Assembly (NCBI RefSeq): GCF_006345805.1
Contig: NC_043021.1
Span: 23,126,001-23,190,000 of the forward strand
Direction: 5' to 3'
Source: Octopus sinensis
Lineage: Eukaryota
Length of the DNA: 64,000 nucleotides
Shown here piece by piece: positions 41,152 through 55,792 of the stretch; the stretch's first letter is position 1, and the number at the start of each line of letters is the position of its first letter. The position numbers were made by a program, and so were the translations under genes. The notes beneath the pieces were generated by a model. It made no database searches. It was not told the DNA's origin and saw only the letters and a list, made by a program, of their open reading frames with translations.

Positions 41152-41686
41152 AACACATTTATATATGTATATATAGATATGTGTGTGCATGCAGTTATAT
41201 GCCTGTTCATGTGTGTGAGTGCGTATATGTGTGTGTGTTCGCGAGACTTCCTCTATGTGTGTGCGTGTGTGTTTGTGTTTGTGTGTGTGCACGTGTATTC
41301 GGACACCTGCTTACAAGTCTAGTACGCATTCGCCGGACGTTTTTAAAGTTAGGAATTAAATATCTTTATAACTTCAGACCGATATATATGACGGAATCAA
41401 TCTGGAAGAGACATAGGGACCCCCGCTCTATAATTTTTATCGTCGTCAGTCGATAACATTTTGTAACTTTGCTTAGCAGCTTTTATAATTTCTTTGGGAA
41501 TTTGATAATTAATTTACGTCATATTTACGGATGCATTTAATGACTAAACCCTTCGTCATAGAGTTTGTCTGCTCAATTTACATGAAAATTATTAACATCG
41601 TGTATTGTATAGTAGAAATAGGGCTCTGTTCCCGGCCTTGAAATCAGGCATTTTAGGTTGTGAAATAACGTGACCTTATGGATGGA

Positions 41687-42070
41687 TGGAAGCACTCCGT
41701 CGCTTACGACGACGAGGGTTCCGGTTGATCCGAATCAACGGAACAGCCTGCTCGTGAAATTAACGTGTAAGTGGCTGAGCACTCCACAGACACGTGTACC
41801 CTTAACGTAGTTCTCGGGGATATTCAGCGTGACACAGAGAGTGACAAGGCCGGCCCTTTGAAATACAGGTACAACAGAAACAGGAAGTAAGAGTGAGAGA
41901 AAGTTGTGGTGAAAGAGTATAACAGGGATCACCACCATCCCCTGCCGGAGCCTCGTGGAGCGTTAGGTGTTTTCGCTCAATAAACACTCACAACGCCCGG
42001 TCTGGGAATCGAAACCGCGATCCTATGACCGCGAGTCCGCTGCCCTAACCACTGGGCCATTGCGCCTCCA
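41687..42070 (-). mobile_element. SINE family B, full length (tail alpha)
   Basis: Near identical to 58585-58967; (TCCA)n tail; TSD aacgtgacct at 41667-41676 and 42072-42081. Confidence 0.95.
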
Positions 42071-43089
42071 CAACGTGACCTAATATATGTGTTACCAATC
42101 AAATCTTTCATTTATTCTAATTAGTATCCGAGTGTAATTTCGGGAATACACCTAGTTGGGGAGAACTTCAACTTATGTTAAATTAACACTGCTGCGTGAC
42201 TTGTCTTTGAAAGAGGACTAACCAAATCATCCGGAAAATCTTTAAAATCCGGCATGTTCTCAAAATAAGGTAAGTTTTCAAAATCCGGCAAGTTCTCAAA
42301 CTAAGGCAAGTCTTCAGAGAAATTTAGCAAATCAGTAACGATTGTGTAAACAATCATAGAAAGAAACTTGGCTTGGATGTGTGAACAGACCCATGGTTTG
42401 AAGTTTGCTTCCAGATCAGATGGTTCCAGTTTCAGTCTCATTGCAAGGCACCTTGAGCAGCAATCACTTAGTATAGACCCACTCGACCAACAACTTCAGG
42501 ATGAATTCGATAGACGGTAGGAAGCCCACCCTATATATAGCAGTGATAGTAAATAGTTTATCGACCCTGTGTAGACGAAATTCAAAGACGATCTCGGAAG
42601 AATTTGAACTTAGATGGTACAACCGAAGGAAATGACGCTAAGACATTTATACAAACGACTCGGCTTGTTCATACATATACACACAGACACACACATACAT
42701 ATATGTATATATATATTTTGTGTGTTTGTGTGAGTGTGTTTATTTGTGGTGTGCTGCATTAATTCTTGGCTTAAAGACATAGAGAATTAGATTTAAAGAG
42801 AAACTGTCATGTCACGAATTGAATTTTCGATTGACTTAGGTCGCATTAAAAATACCTTGGATTACCTTTACCTGAAGCGGCAGTTTTTGTATTAACGTCA
42901 TATCTTAAATATGAATAATTTATTATTTTATTATATAATTTATCTATAGAAGTAAATTATATTTACCATGCACAATCTTAAGCTAAAATATGTCTCTATT
43001 GAATTTCAGTACACATAATATTTAGGTAATGCTTCGTTTTAATTTTTATCGGAATTCTAATGTTAGCTGTACTTCCTTTTCAAGACTTA

Positions 43090-43900
43090 GGTAGGTAAAG
43101 CCTACCATGCGAGAATATTCATTATTCATTAGGTAGACGCCGGCCTTTGAAAATGTTGGTCTTGGGTTTTCAGCTTTGTGTATTGTAAAACCAAACTATA
43201 GTATAACAGGAAATTGGCGCTTTTGTAGTAATATTTGTATCGGCTGTGAATGATAACTTGTTGGCTTATGTATTCTTGGGATAAATAAAATTTCCCCTCC
43301 ATTGGCGCCTGAAGAAATAATGGCGTGAATAACTGTGCCATTGAGACCCTTCATAATTTATCATGACACATTGTAATGGCCATTACCATCATCAAAACTT
43401 CGTAGAACAAATGCCGCACCTACTTTGAGAAGCTAACTGTGTTGAACAAAACTACTGAAAGAAATTGTTTAAACATTCGGTTGGTAAATATTTCTTCATC
43501 ATTATTGAGGCCACTGTCACTGCTTCGATATTGTTTGATTTTATCGCATGCAAATGCCATTAACCTCAATAATGCCATCACTATTTGGACAGATTTACAG
43601 GCACCGACACTGAATCCATAAAATTAGTTTTACTACAGATCTTCAAAAAATATAATAGCTAAAGTATTTTAGAATTCCAAACAAGAATATTTCAAGATTT
43701 TTATCGTCGAAATATCTTGCAAACCTGGCTGATCTCTGCTCGGCCTCTTCATAAACTTCTGTTAAATGCTTTCCGCATTCATCGTCTACACTGGAAGGCG
43801 CACGTTTCTTGAGAGTAACAATATATCGGACAGCCTTGTCTGATATATTGACCCAGAAACACAGGTCCACTGGTCTTGCCAAGCTGGAGTGATTCGCTCC
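43090..43900 (-). pseudogene. Second decayed Helitron PIF1-like helicase fragment
   Basis: LPTECLN, LKVGAAFVLRSFD, ILFIPRI, KRQFPVIL*FGFTIHKA, AGVYL, with stops and frameshifts. Confidence 0.7.
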
Positions 43901-44214
43901 CTTACTCACAATATATCAGAAATAAGTTTTGTGTCGCTAACCAGCTGGAAAAGACGTTTTTCTAGGGATAAAAATTTAGTAACACAGATCTGTATAGAAC
44001 AGCCATGTTACTCTCCAGTATTGTTATTACATATATCTTGTTAAGAGATTTTATAACTATCTATTTCGTACGTATAAATACATACAAACACACACGCACA
44101 AACACACAAATAGATACACACACAGGAACACAGACACACACACATTCACACTCACACACAAATATAACTGCATGTATGTACACACACATCCATATGTATA
44201 TATATATTCGTTTA

Positions 44215-44460
44215 TTCTGTTGTTCTTTTACTTGTTTCAGTGGTTTTACTGCAGCCATGCTGGAGTAACGCCTTTAGTCGAACAAATTGTAAACTTAGGA
44301 CTTATTCTATCGGAGTCTTTTTCCGAACCGCTATGTTAAGGGGACACAAACACTAACATCGGTTGTTAAACGATGCTGCGGTTAGAACACAGACACACAT
44401 GTACATACAAACATACATACATATACATACACACACATACTCACACACACATATATATAT

Positions 44461-44517
<57 letters not shown>

Positions 44518-44670
44518 ACGGGCTTCTTTTAGTTTCCAACTTCCAAATTCATTCACAAGGCTTTGGTCGGCATGAGGCTATAATAGAAAACATTTTCCCA
44601 GTGTACAAGGCAGTGGGTCTGAACTGGGAACTATGTGGTTGCGTAGCAAGCGTCTTACCACAAAGACACT
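44215..44670 (-). mobile_element. SINE family C
   Basis: cttgtttcag...gcagccatgctggag...caacgggcttctttt...attcacaaggctttggtcgg. Confidence 0.85.
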
Positions 44671-44680
44671 CTTCAGCCTT

Positions 44681-44723
<43 letters not shown>

Positions 44724-45060
44724 TACACACATGGTTAAACACTCTGTTCGATAAAAAAAAAAGACGCGTATGCATGTGTGTATGTTTGAGTCTTTGGATG
44801 AGGCCATGGGGCAGTTCTTTCTCAAATGCCAAACTGATAATTGTAGAAGAAAATATCGAATAACTTATTGTTATATTGCTCTTCTCCCTGATTTGACAAT
44901 GAGAAGCTACATTGTTTTCGCTTGAATTTCAGAGACGCTTCCAGACATCCAAGATTTTGAAAATATATCACGTTGACCATGTTTAAGATACATATATTTC
45001 TCACTGCGCTCACATATCTTGCGAAACTGACCTCTTATTTGTTGCAGTCAGTATACATGA

Positions 45061-45696
45061 GGCGGCGAGCTGGCAGAATCGTTATAGCACACCGGACGAA
45101 ATGTTTAGCGGTATTTTGTCTGCCGTTACGTTCTGAGTTCAAATTCCGCCGAGGTCGACTTTACCTTTCATCATTTCGAGGTCGATAAATTAAGTACCAG
45201 TTACGCACTGGTGTCGATGCAATCTACTTAATCCCTTTGTCTGTGCATGTTTGTCCCATCCATGTTTTGACCCTTCTCGGCAATAAAGAAACCAGAAACA
45301 TTAGCACGCCGGGTGAAACGCTTAGCGGTATTTCGTCTGCAGTTACGTTCTGAGTTCAAATTCTGCCGATGTCGACCTTGCCTTTCATCCTTTCAGGTTC
45401 GATTAAATAAGTACCAGTTACGCACTGGGGTCGATATAATCGTCTTAATCTGTTTCTCTATCCTTGTTTGTCTTCTCTGTGTTTAGCCCCTTGTGGGTAG
45501 TAAAGAAATAGGTATTTCGTCTGCAGTTACGTTCTGAGTTCAAATTCTGCCGACGTCGACCTTGCTTTTCATCCTTTCAGCGTCGATTAAATAAGTACCA
45601 GTTACGCACTGGGGTCGATATAATCGACTTAATCCGTTTCTTTGTCTTTCTTTGACCTGTCTGTGCTTAGCCCATTGTGGGTAGTAAAGAAATAGG
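45061..45696 (+). mobile_element. SINE family A tandem trimer
   Basis: Three bodies; third joined through aaagaaatag|gtatttcg near 45511. Confidence 0.9.
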
Positions 45697-46809
45697 CAGC
45701 TCGAGCTTTTGTTAGATGACAATTCACCGAGAGTGCCGCGTTATAGGTTCGACCCCGTTTAATTTTATTCACAGATGTCAATATTTAAGACGATCCAACA
45801 AACGAACTTTTTCGTGTGTTTTGCCTTTCTTTTTAAAGATATATTTCCTACGGCGCTTCTAGCAGCTAAATAAATGGAATTGTCTTTAATACTGATGAAA
45901 GAAATTGAAATTACGGCGCGATATCCATTTGCCGGAAGCATACAATTTACTCTGGAGCACTCGTTACACAGCGATATTAATTTAATATGGTAAGTGTGGC
46001 AATTATATGACTATATAGGTGATATTCTTCAAACGGAAAATACAAAACAAATTCAATTATATATTAATTATAATGATACAAAGTTCGTCAAAATGGTATT
46101 TCAAAAGAATAACAAAATGTATACTACGCTTAGAACAATTGAAAAGCATACGCATGTTGCTAGCAGACTAAGAGAATGCGTGAAATATAACAGCTCTATG
46201 ATTATTTATATTCTTCAAGAATCGTGTAAATGTCAGAAGCATGTTGTGAGAAAGAACAATGTGATATACCGGACACCTAACGCTGCAAGCATTTATTAAC
46301 AGCAAATATATTTTTTTCCTTCTTCTTCTTCTTCTTCTTCTTACCTTTTTATCAACCTGCAGATCAAGAAAGAATTGACAGTAATAAAATTATTTTCACA
46401 TATTAGGAAATAAAAGACAAAGACAACAAAAAAAAATTACAAAAAATATATATATATAATATTGAATAGAAAACTAAAATTTACAATATTTAGATAAAAA
46501 TAAAACACTAGTCACCATTGCATCAGATAACTTTCTGTAGTTATTCCTGGAGGTAAATTTTGTTTCTCGATACAAAATTTTTGAATTCTCACGTCGCCCG
46601 TTAAAATCAGCATTATTATTATTATTATTATTATTGTTATTATTATTATTATTATTATGAATAGTATTACCTTTATTATTAACAGTCTTAATAATTATAT
46701 GTGTTTTATTACAGGTGTTATTTGCACAAATGCAAGTATAAATGATATATTGTATGTAACCACGTCACTCTTTCTGCTAAAGTGGCATAAATATCTATAC
46801 ATGCATATA

Positions 46810-46862
<53 letters not shown>

Positions 46863-47405
46863 GAGATAGAATCCATGTGTGTTTGCAAGCGTGAGAGTAT
46901 CGCGCACGCGCGTAAAACAATTTTTGACGACTTTCATAAAATTCCTTCTAGGCAAATTTGAATAACAGAACTTTTGCTTAGAGGGAGATTTCCAACTTCT
47001 TATAATTTTATAAGTTCTATATATTTATGTTACTTTCATATTATTCGAGAATTTATAAAACACACACACACCACACACACACATATATATATATATATAT
47101 AAGTATGTATAAACACGTATATTTGCACATATATATTTATATTTTCTAGCTTCCTCTCCCCTTCTCTCTGCCTGTCTCTCTCTCTCAATCTCTCTCCCTC
47201 TCTCTATAAGTACATATATATATATATATATACATATGTATATATATGTGCGCGGGTGTCTATATAATATATATATATACACAGACACACACACACATAT
47301 ATATGCAAAAATCGAAAATGAAAAATATCAAATAAATAAAAACAACAAAAGTCAAACGAAAATATTCTTGGAATGTATTAGCCTGACGCTTTTATATATA
47401 TATAT

Positions 47406-47464
<59 letters not shown>

Positions 47465-49451
47465 CATATAAATACACACATATATATGTATATATATGCA
47501 TAGATATGTGTGTATATATATATATACGCACACGTACTCACACACACACATCTGCTGTCACTCAAGCACAAGCATGGATATATATGCATTTGTTTGCATG
47601 TATGTATGCGTGTATGTTTACATACTTTCATTTATTCATTCCCTTCTTTCTCTTCAGCTCAGTATTGCTAAGCTTAATTCTTAATATGCATTTATTGCCT
47701 GTTTCTCCTTTCGATCGGCCCCTTTCTTTAGTTATAACATTCTGTCCCTATAAAACCTGTGACGAAATCCCATTTCTGATGACAGTCGATACTTAGAGTG
47801 GAAACTCATTGAGAATTCGCCATTGCGTTGCATTGTTATTCGCCATATTGGGTGGAATGTCATTAGAATAATGAAGACCTGCTTTTTATTATATTGTTAT
47901 GATTGAAGCGGGAATAGAGAGAATAGGGAAAGGAATCTAGAAAAAAGAAATATTATTCATGATGTGTTATTTCCTGGATTAAATTGAGTGACTCTGCATA
48001 GCACAATAAATCTTGAATTTGAATATTTAAGACTAAAAAGAATGCATTTAAAACCTCTAACTTGCAAATATAATGTGTCAATCTGTGTAAAGAATTACGT
48101 CTTCCACTCCCAGGATTGGTGTATAGAAACTGGCTACTTAAGTTTCATGGAAAGCGGTCGGATATGTATGAACGATTTCGAGAGCAGAATCATTTGTCAA
48201 CGTTTTGTGAAGAAGAATGACTATGACAAAATATAAGTTCTGAAAGAAAAATTTACCATCAAAAATGATAATGGGAAAATGATATTCGAAAAAGTTGTCG
48301 TATAGAATGATAACAGTATTGGTGCATTTTAACTAATATTGCCGTTATTGAATATAGTTTCCATTGTTTCATGGGTCTGTAATTTGTAAGACGCAGTGCT
48401 TTTAGTTGAAATAATTGCTGAAGCTGTTTAGCTGACCAATCAATTTTGCGGTAACAAAACTTTGAAAACACGATCAACCACACAGGCTGCCATTCAATTG
48501 CAACGATTTGCTAAATACTGAACCGAACTAATTTAAGTGGGTTTTTGCTGTTATTTCTAGCATAACCCATGGTCCGTTAAGTGTGTGTATTTTACTACGC
48601 TGTTAGGTTTTATTGGTTTTTAGTTTTCTGATTGGCGTTGTCGTTCATTTTTTTAATCCAAGATATTCCTACCCAAGTTCAACTATCGATGACCAAAACC
48701 TACCCGGTAGCAACAACCTCTATTGAACTTGAAAAATATTATCTACATTTACTTTCTTCAACTGTATATACAGGTGGGTGGATATTTAGTGACTACTTGC
48801 AACAAAGGTGGAGCCGCGTGGCTTAGTGTTTAGGGTGTCAGCATCATAATCGTAAGATTAACTATACGACTCGGGGGAATCGTAAATGAAATGGAGAAGT
48901 GGAATTAACTCAAACACAAGTAAATCCGTTATACGGTGTTGTATAGTATAGAAGAAATAGTCTACAAGAGGGCGATCCTCATCATAATTGTCACCGTATC
49001 ATCATTTTAACTCTCTCTTCTCTTGCTGTAAGTGAAGCAACGAAAAATAGCATCTAATGGCAAACAAATGCTTTACCAAATTTCTGGCTTTAAAGATACA
49101 GAATCGTAAACAACTTAATGATAATTACGTGGTTGATTACAACCAGCAATACCTTTCCTCCAAATTGGGAGTCATGTGCGTATGAAGGAAATCAATATTT
49201 TGCAAAGCTAGGGACTGGGGGGTTAATAGAAAGTTTGGGGCACATGCCTGCCTTCATTTTTTTTTTTTTTTGTCTTTCATCTTTGTTTCAAACATGTATG
49301 ACTTCTAATTCTTAATTACATACAATTAACTGCTTGTCACAGGAGAATGGTAAATCTTATACAGAAATCAAATTATCTGAAACACTAGAGAATTCTATAT
49401 AATAGGATGTGCATTATGTGACTAATATACAACTGAAGTGACAAGTGGATG

Positions 49452-49690
49452 TACGTCGCTTAGTGGCTAGTGTATCGGATCAGAAGATCGTGGTTTCCAT
49501 TCCAGGACCGGGTGACGCGTTGTGTTCTTGAGCAAATCACTTCATTACACGTTGCTCCAGTCCACTCAGCTGGCAAAAATGAGTAACGCTGCGATGGACT
49601 GCCGTCCCGTCCAGCTGTGGAACACATACGCCATAGAAACCGGGGAACCGGGCCCATGAGCCTGGCTAGGCTTTAAAAGGGCGCATTTAT
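49452..49690 (+). mobile_element. SINE family D (V/Meta-like body, tail gamma)
   Basis: cgcttagtggctag head, gttgctccagtccactcagctggc body, gatggactgccgtcccgtccag tail. Confidence 0.8.
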
Positions 49691-49964
49691 TATTTTATAC
49701 TTACAGCAAACCCTACGTCCCTGCAATAGTTTTTTTACGGTTGCTAAGTGCTTATGGTAAATAGTGAAATTATAATTCCTCTGTTGTCTATGTTTTCACT
49801 CGGACTTACAAAATAATACATCAAAAATGCATTGCTAAGAGGATTAATCACTTTTGTAAAGATGAATCCTTTGATTAGACAACTACGTTTCACTAACTTT
49901 CATACAAGTAGTGAGAATATATACACAGAGAATACATACATACATGCATATATACATAACATAA

Positions 49965-50194
49965 GGCAGCGAGCTGGCAGAAACGTTAGCGCGCAGGGCG
50001 AAATGCTTAGCGGTATTTCGTCTGTCGTTACGTTCTGAGTTCGAATTCCGCCGAGGTCGACTTTGCCTTTCATCCTTTCGGGATCGATAAATAAAGTACC
50101 ACTTACGCACTGGGGTCGATGTAATCGACTTAATCCCTTTGTCTGTCCTTGTTTGTCCCCTCTATGTTTAGCCCCCTTGTGGGTAGTAAAGAAA
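49965..50194 (+). mobile_element. SINE family A
   Basis: Complete head/body/tail. Confidence 0.95.
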
Positions 50195-50433
50195 TATATA
50201 TACATAAGATAACACAGATAGGCGTGACTGTGTCGTAAGAAATTGCTTTCTCGCTACATGGTAGCGGGATCAAGACCACAGCCGGGAGTCTTTAGCAAGT
50301 GTGTCCTGTTATGTCCTGTGGCCGAAAAATTACTTGTTAGAGAATTTAGTGAACGGAAACTGGAAGATTTATGTGTGTGTGTGTGTGTCTTTGGGACATC
50401 GGTTGTCAAGCGATGTTGGGGGGACAACCACAT

Positions 50434-50553
50434 ACATGATAAATCGGTAGCCACTACACATTTTTTCCTCTCCTTGTTTTTTTCTGTGTCCCTTTCTGTA
50501 TAAGAGTGTAGGCTCGAAATGAAAAGACTTTTCAATTCCTGAGCGTTATACTA
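50434..50553 (+). mobile_element. Short dispersed repeat, copy 3 (decayed hammerhead-like motif at 50491-50527)
   Basis: ctttctgtataagagtgtaggctcgaaatgaaaagac...cctgagcgttatac. Confidence 0.55.
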
Positions 50554-50828
50554 ACTCGCCAAAGTTTGAGAAACGGTATTGGTGTGTTTATGTCCCCACA
50601 ACTTAGAGGTCCGGGAACAGAACGATAGGACGGAATACTAGGATCCAGAAAGCAATAAGTCCTGAGGTCGAGTGATCGATCTGACCGACGAAAGCCCTTC
50701 GAGGACGTATCCCAGCATGGCCTCAGATAAATTACTGAAAAGAGTAAAAGAGAACGGAGTTTAAAAAGAAACATATATGTATATACATATATACATGTGT
50801 TTGTATATATATAAATATAATATTATAT

Positions 50829-50860
<32 letters not shown>

Positions 50861-50932
50861 ATATATATATATATTATATATATATGCATATATATATTCA
50901 TATGTACATGTCTATTTATATCTATCTATATA

Positions 50933-50987
<55 letters not shown>

Positions 50988-51589
50988 ATATTATTCTTTT
51001 GTGCACGTATGTGTGTGTTCTTCACTAATGTATTTTCTGAATACTAACTCCTTATTTGGTAACCATGACATGAAAAGTCTCCTATTAAACGGGGAGAAAA
51101 AAAACTTCAATATATATAAATTCACCTAACAAAACGGCAGCAAATGACTAAATCTTACTTTGTACATTTGTGATTACAAGGTATTTATTTGCAATAGATA
51201 TATTTATCTTCATGGCCTTTTACTTTTTCTTGCTTTAAAACCCCTCCTACTCATTCTCTCAACATAGATATACATACAGCAGACAATTATATCCACACAC
51301 TCAGATATATGCATGAATGTATATCTATTTGCTCATATTATTATAAACACCGAGAAATAGATGTGGCGGAGAAAGAAAAGTGCGAGTGTGAAAGGATGGA
51401 TATATATGCGTATACAAATGCAAAGCGAATGGTTATACGTTGGTACGACATGGCTTTGTTCGTAAACGTATATTTGAGTAATTATTGAAGGCAGCCTAAA
51501 AAATTACGTTTTATGAATACGCATACGAGCTGAAGAGACACATAAGTGCATGCATACATATTTAAATATATAAATATATATTGATATCA

Positions 51590-51641
51590 TTCTCGCGATA
51601 TACATACGTACATACATATATATAATATATATATATATGTA

Positions 51642-51700
<59 letters not shown>

Positions 51701-51931
51701 CATATGGTATATATATATATATAATATATGTATATATATATATGTATATATATATATAATATATATATATGTATATATATCTACATATATATATATGTAT
51801 TGTATATATATACAGATATATATATGTATATATATATACATATATATATGTAATATAATATACATATATATATGTATATATGTATATATATAAATATATA
51901 TATATGTATGTATGTTGTATGTATGTATGTA

Positions 51932-51962
<31 letters not shown>

Positions 51963-52006
51963 GTATATATGTATATATAAATATATATATGTATGTATGT
52001 TGTATG

Positions 52007-52065
<59 letters not shown>

Positions 52066-52110
52066 CTACATATATATATATATATATATATATGTTGTAT
52101 ATATATATAT
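51590..52110. repeat. Long interrupted (TA)n field
   Basis: Direct reading. Confidence 0.95.
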
Positions 52111-53029
52111 ATAGGAATATGGTGTGGCCAGCGCGGGATGGGCGACAGTATATCATATCGGTTGTTATTTCAGTTATGCCCCTAGGGTTGTGTGCGTAAA
52201 TGTGTTGAAAGACATATACGACTTGATGTCTGTTGACCGAGATGATTTTAAATGAAGGTTTACTGTAAACAGGAAAAATATGCACATATATATATACACA
52301 TATACGACCATAATAACGTACACGTACGGTGTGTGTGATGTGTGTATGTATGAGTGTGTGTCTTGATGTGTGTAGAGACGGAGGGAGAGAGAGACGGATA
52401 GAAAATAAATAGGTATACATATGTAATGATATATACACATTCGTACACGCACATATATATATATATATTTAGATATGTATAAATATATGTATGTATATAT
52501 ATATATATTTACATATCTATAAATATATGTATATATATATATATATATGTATGTATATATGATGAATATATATACATATATATGCGTGTGAGTGTATATA
52601 TGCATGCCTATTCATTTATGTCTACTCTCATGCTTACGTACTGTTATACTAATCTTCATAAGTGTCTATATGAAGAACTGTGTGTGCTCGTGTGAATGTG
52701 TGTGTGTGTGTGTGTATGTGTGTGTATGGAGGGGGGAGACTGCCAAAAGTTAATTATTATTCCTACTTTGAAATACGACATAGAACATCATCTTTTTGCA
52801 ATTTATTTCGAAAAGTTTCTATTTTTATTTTAAAAAGAAAAATGTTCAGAGATCATAAATTTGCATCATATTACTTTTTGTGTAGCCTTCAGCGCTTTAA
52901 TAACTCTTCCTAGATACTTATGTGTGTGTATGTAGTGGTGTATGGGGGGGGGGAATTTATATCTGTGTGCACGTAAGAATATATATATATATATACATAT
53001 ACCACGTAGATATACGTTAATTATAATAT

Positions 53030-53129
53030 NNNNNNNNNNNNNNNNNNNNNNNNNNNNNNNNNNNNNNNNNNNNNNNNNNNNNNNNNNNNNNNNNNNNNNN
53101 NNNNNNNNNNNNNNNNNNNNNNNNNNNNN
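53030..53129. other. Assembly gap (100 N)
   Basis: Run of N. Confidence 1.
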
Positions 53130-53250
53130 AGCGGAATGGCCCATTGGTTATGGCAAGGAACTCACGGTTTCGATTCCAAAACCGGGCGTAGTCTGTGTCT
53201 ATTGAGAGAAAACACCTAAAGCTCCACGATGCTCCTGTAGGGGGTGGTGG
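53130..53250 (+). mobile_element. SINE family B head fragment
   Basis: aatggcccattggtt...ggtttcgattcc...aaaacacctaaagctccacg. Confidence 0.7.
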
Positions 53251-53274
53251 CGAATATATATATATACGTGTGTG

Positions 53275-53480
53275 TGTGTCTGCGTGTGTGTGTATATATG
53301 TGTCCAACTTTGTCCCCTACCATCGCTTGACAACTGATGTTTGTGTTTAAGTCCCCATAACTTAACGGATCGGCAAAAGAGAGCGATCGAATAAGTACCT
53401 GGCCTACAATCGATTTCTTCGACTAAAAGGCAATGCTCCGTCACGGCCACATTCAAATAAATGAAACAAGTAAGAGAATA
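53275..53480 (+). mobile_element. SINE family C, 3' half
   Basis: catcgcttgacaactgatg...cggcaaaagagagcgatcgaataagtacc. Confidence 0.75.
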
Positions 53481-53841
53481 AAACAATAATGCATAAAACC
53501 GTAAAAACAAACGCCTACACAGAAAACTGAGATACACAGGGGCGGGGCAGAGGGGTCGGTCGTTCGTTAAAAATTCACAAAAACATTAGTTTTAGCTTCA
53601 AACAGATTTTATTGACATTAGTGTGTTTGTACTGAATTAGCATTTGACAAAATCAAGCGTGGAAAACAACATCCATCATGTGGCGTCCATTTTTATTGAT
53701 GTATTTCTGAAAGCTTGTCTGACGCGTTCCACATTTTCCGGGGTATCTCGTGCATTCAGTCAACTCAAGAATGTGTTAAGGGTGGGTATAGCCTGATTTC
53801 GGTGAAAGTTGAAGTGGCACCGGAACTTAGGCTGAACTTAC

Positions 53842-53909
53842 GTAATTCCTCACGTAATTGTAGTAGGCGAACACGGGATGCTCTATGGTCCACAGTGCCA
53901 TGGAGTCAC
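53842..53909 (-). CDS. Candidate 68-nt exon (xDSMALWTIEHPVFAYYNYVRNY)
   Basis: Strong acceptor tttttgttttctttttcag|G and donor AC|gtaagt; one open frame; GC-richer than flanks; product not recognised. Confidence 0.5.
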
Positions 53910-54236
53910 CTGAAAAAGAAAACAAAAATTCTAAAATAACACGGATCGAATAATGCCTGTCAGACATATGGCCCCCTCCCTTGCGCTGAGTAATAACCAT
54001 TTCAAAAATGTCCGTCCTTTCTGTCTTACCCTGTAGCTATTGTATTAAGCTTCCATCCTGCTTGGCAGTCCTAATTCATTCAGTGAAAAACCACACTAAA
54101 ATGTACACGAGCGTACATAAAATCGTTTATGCTACTACGGCTATATTCTTTATCTCAACTTCTTATCCCAGACAAATAAATGGAGCTCAGAAACAGCTGT
54201 AACAGATTTAGTAAGACCCTAGATAAAAGGCCTAGA

Positions 54237-54520
54237 GGCGGTGAGCTGGCAGAATCGTGAGGACGCCGGGCGAAATGCTCAGCGGTATTTCGCCCATCGC
54301 TACATTCTGAGTTCAAATTCCGCCGAGGTCGACTTAGCCTTTCATCCTTTCGGGGTCGATAAAGTAAGTACCAGTTACGCACTGGGGTCGATGTAATCGA
54401 CTTAATACCTATGTCTGTCCGTGTTTGTCCCCTCTATGTCTAGCCCCTTGTGGGTAATAAAGGAAAAGTTATTTCGTCTGCCGTTACGTTCTGAGTTCAG
54501 ATTGTGCCGAGGTCGACTTC
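54237..54520 (+). mobile_element. SINE family A plus start of a second unit
   Basis: Full copy followed by ttatttcgtctgccgttacg...gaggtcgactt. Confidence 0.9.
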
Positions 54521-55701
54521 CTACGCAACCGCTGAGCCAGGATGCGCCTTCATCCATCCGTCGATGCTCCCGGTGTCAGGGTTTGACCTGGTTTTTCATA
54601 TGTGGGTCTTACGAATAGCAAAGGACCACGTTTCGGACTTCTCCCACGAAGACCGATTCGCTCAAAAAACAAACAAAAAAAAACAAAACAGTAGCAACTT
54701 CAATAATAATAACGATGGTTTCACATTTTGGCACAAGGTCTCATTGTTCGACCTCAGGGTTCAAACTAGTACTTATTATATCACCCCCGAATGGATGAAA
54801 GCCTAGAAATATGAAAAAAAAGATAAGCAACGAAAATCTAGATACGTTTCATGTCACGATTTGGGTTAAGATAAGTAAAATATAACGAAGACGTATTTTA
54901 AGCTTAGTCTGGTTTTAAGTAGCTTGCATCGCAATACAGGATTCCGCCTCTGATGAAATCTTGGTCTGATTGTAGAAACCCATCCTCACAGCATTTTTCT
55001 CAAATGAAATATTTCTTTCCATTTATGCAATGTGACTCCACTACAATTATTTCCCCCGTTATTCTGCGGTTAGTTCTATTGCTAACAGAATGACTGTCGT
55101 ACTTTTCTCTGGAAGAGGAGGTACTTTTAAGCAATCGACAAGTTAGTTCGCACGACATTTTAACATAAACTTATATGACATTATATACGTATACATACAT
55201 ACACATGGACATGTGTGTGTGTATATGAATGTGTGTGCATGTAGATAAATACAAATACATATAAATATATGCAAGCATGCATGCATATATGTATGTTAAT
55301 AATCATATACTAAAAATATATATACAAAATATATATACATAGACAAAATGTCTTGCGTGTATGTATTTACAATCAGAGATATATATTAAAATAAACAGAT
55401 GTTATTCTCTAGTCTGTCTACGTATATATATCTATATATGTATGGATATGTATATATATATATTTTTTTAAAGATATTTTGATACTTTCAAATTGAAAAC
55501 TAATTAATTTGGCCTGTGGCATACTTTTAGAAAACACCTTTCTTCAGGAAAAAAATTCTAAAAATTATTAAAAAAATAATATCTCTTCCTTATAGTAAAA
55601 ATATTACCATTTTAAATTTTTGATTTAATTATTGTTTCTATATTTCAATTTTGTTTTGCAAATACGTGAGAAGAAAAGGGAGAATGCTAATTTATATATA
55701 T

Positions 55702-55792
<91 letters not shown>

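Noticed and set aside
45775-45995. Plus-strand exon ending ATG|gtaagt
   Set aside because: Stops in the candidate exon and no partner exon.
47900-48800. Possible hAT transposase relic
   Set aside because: Similarity too weak by eye; no termini.
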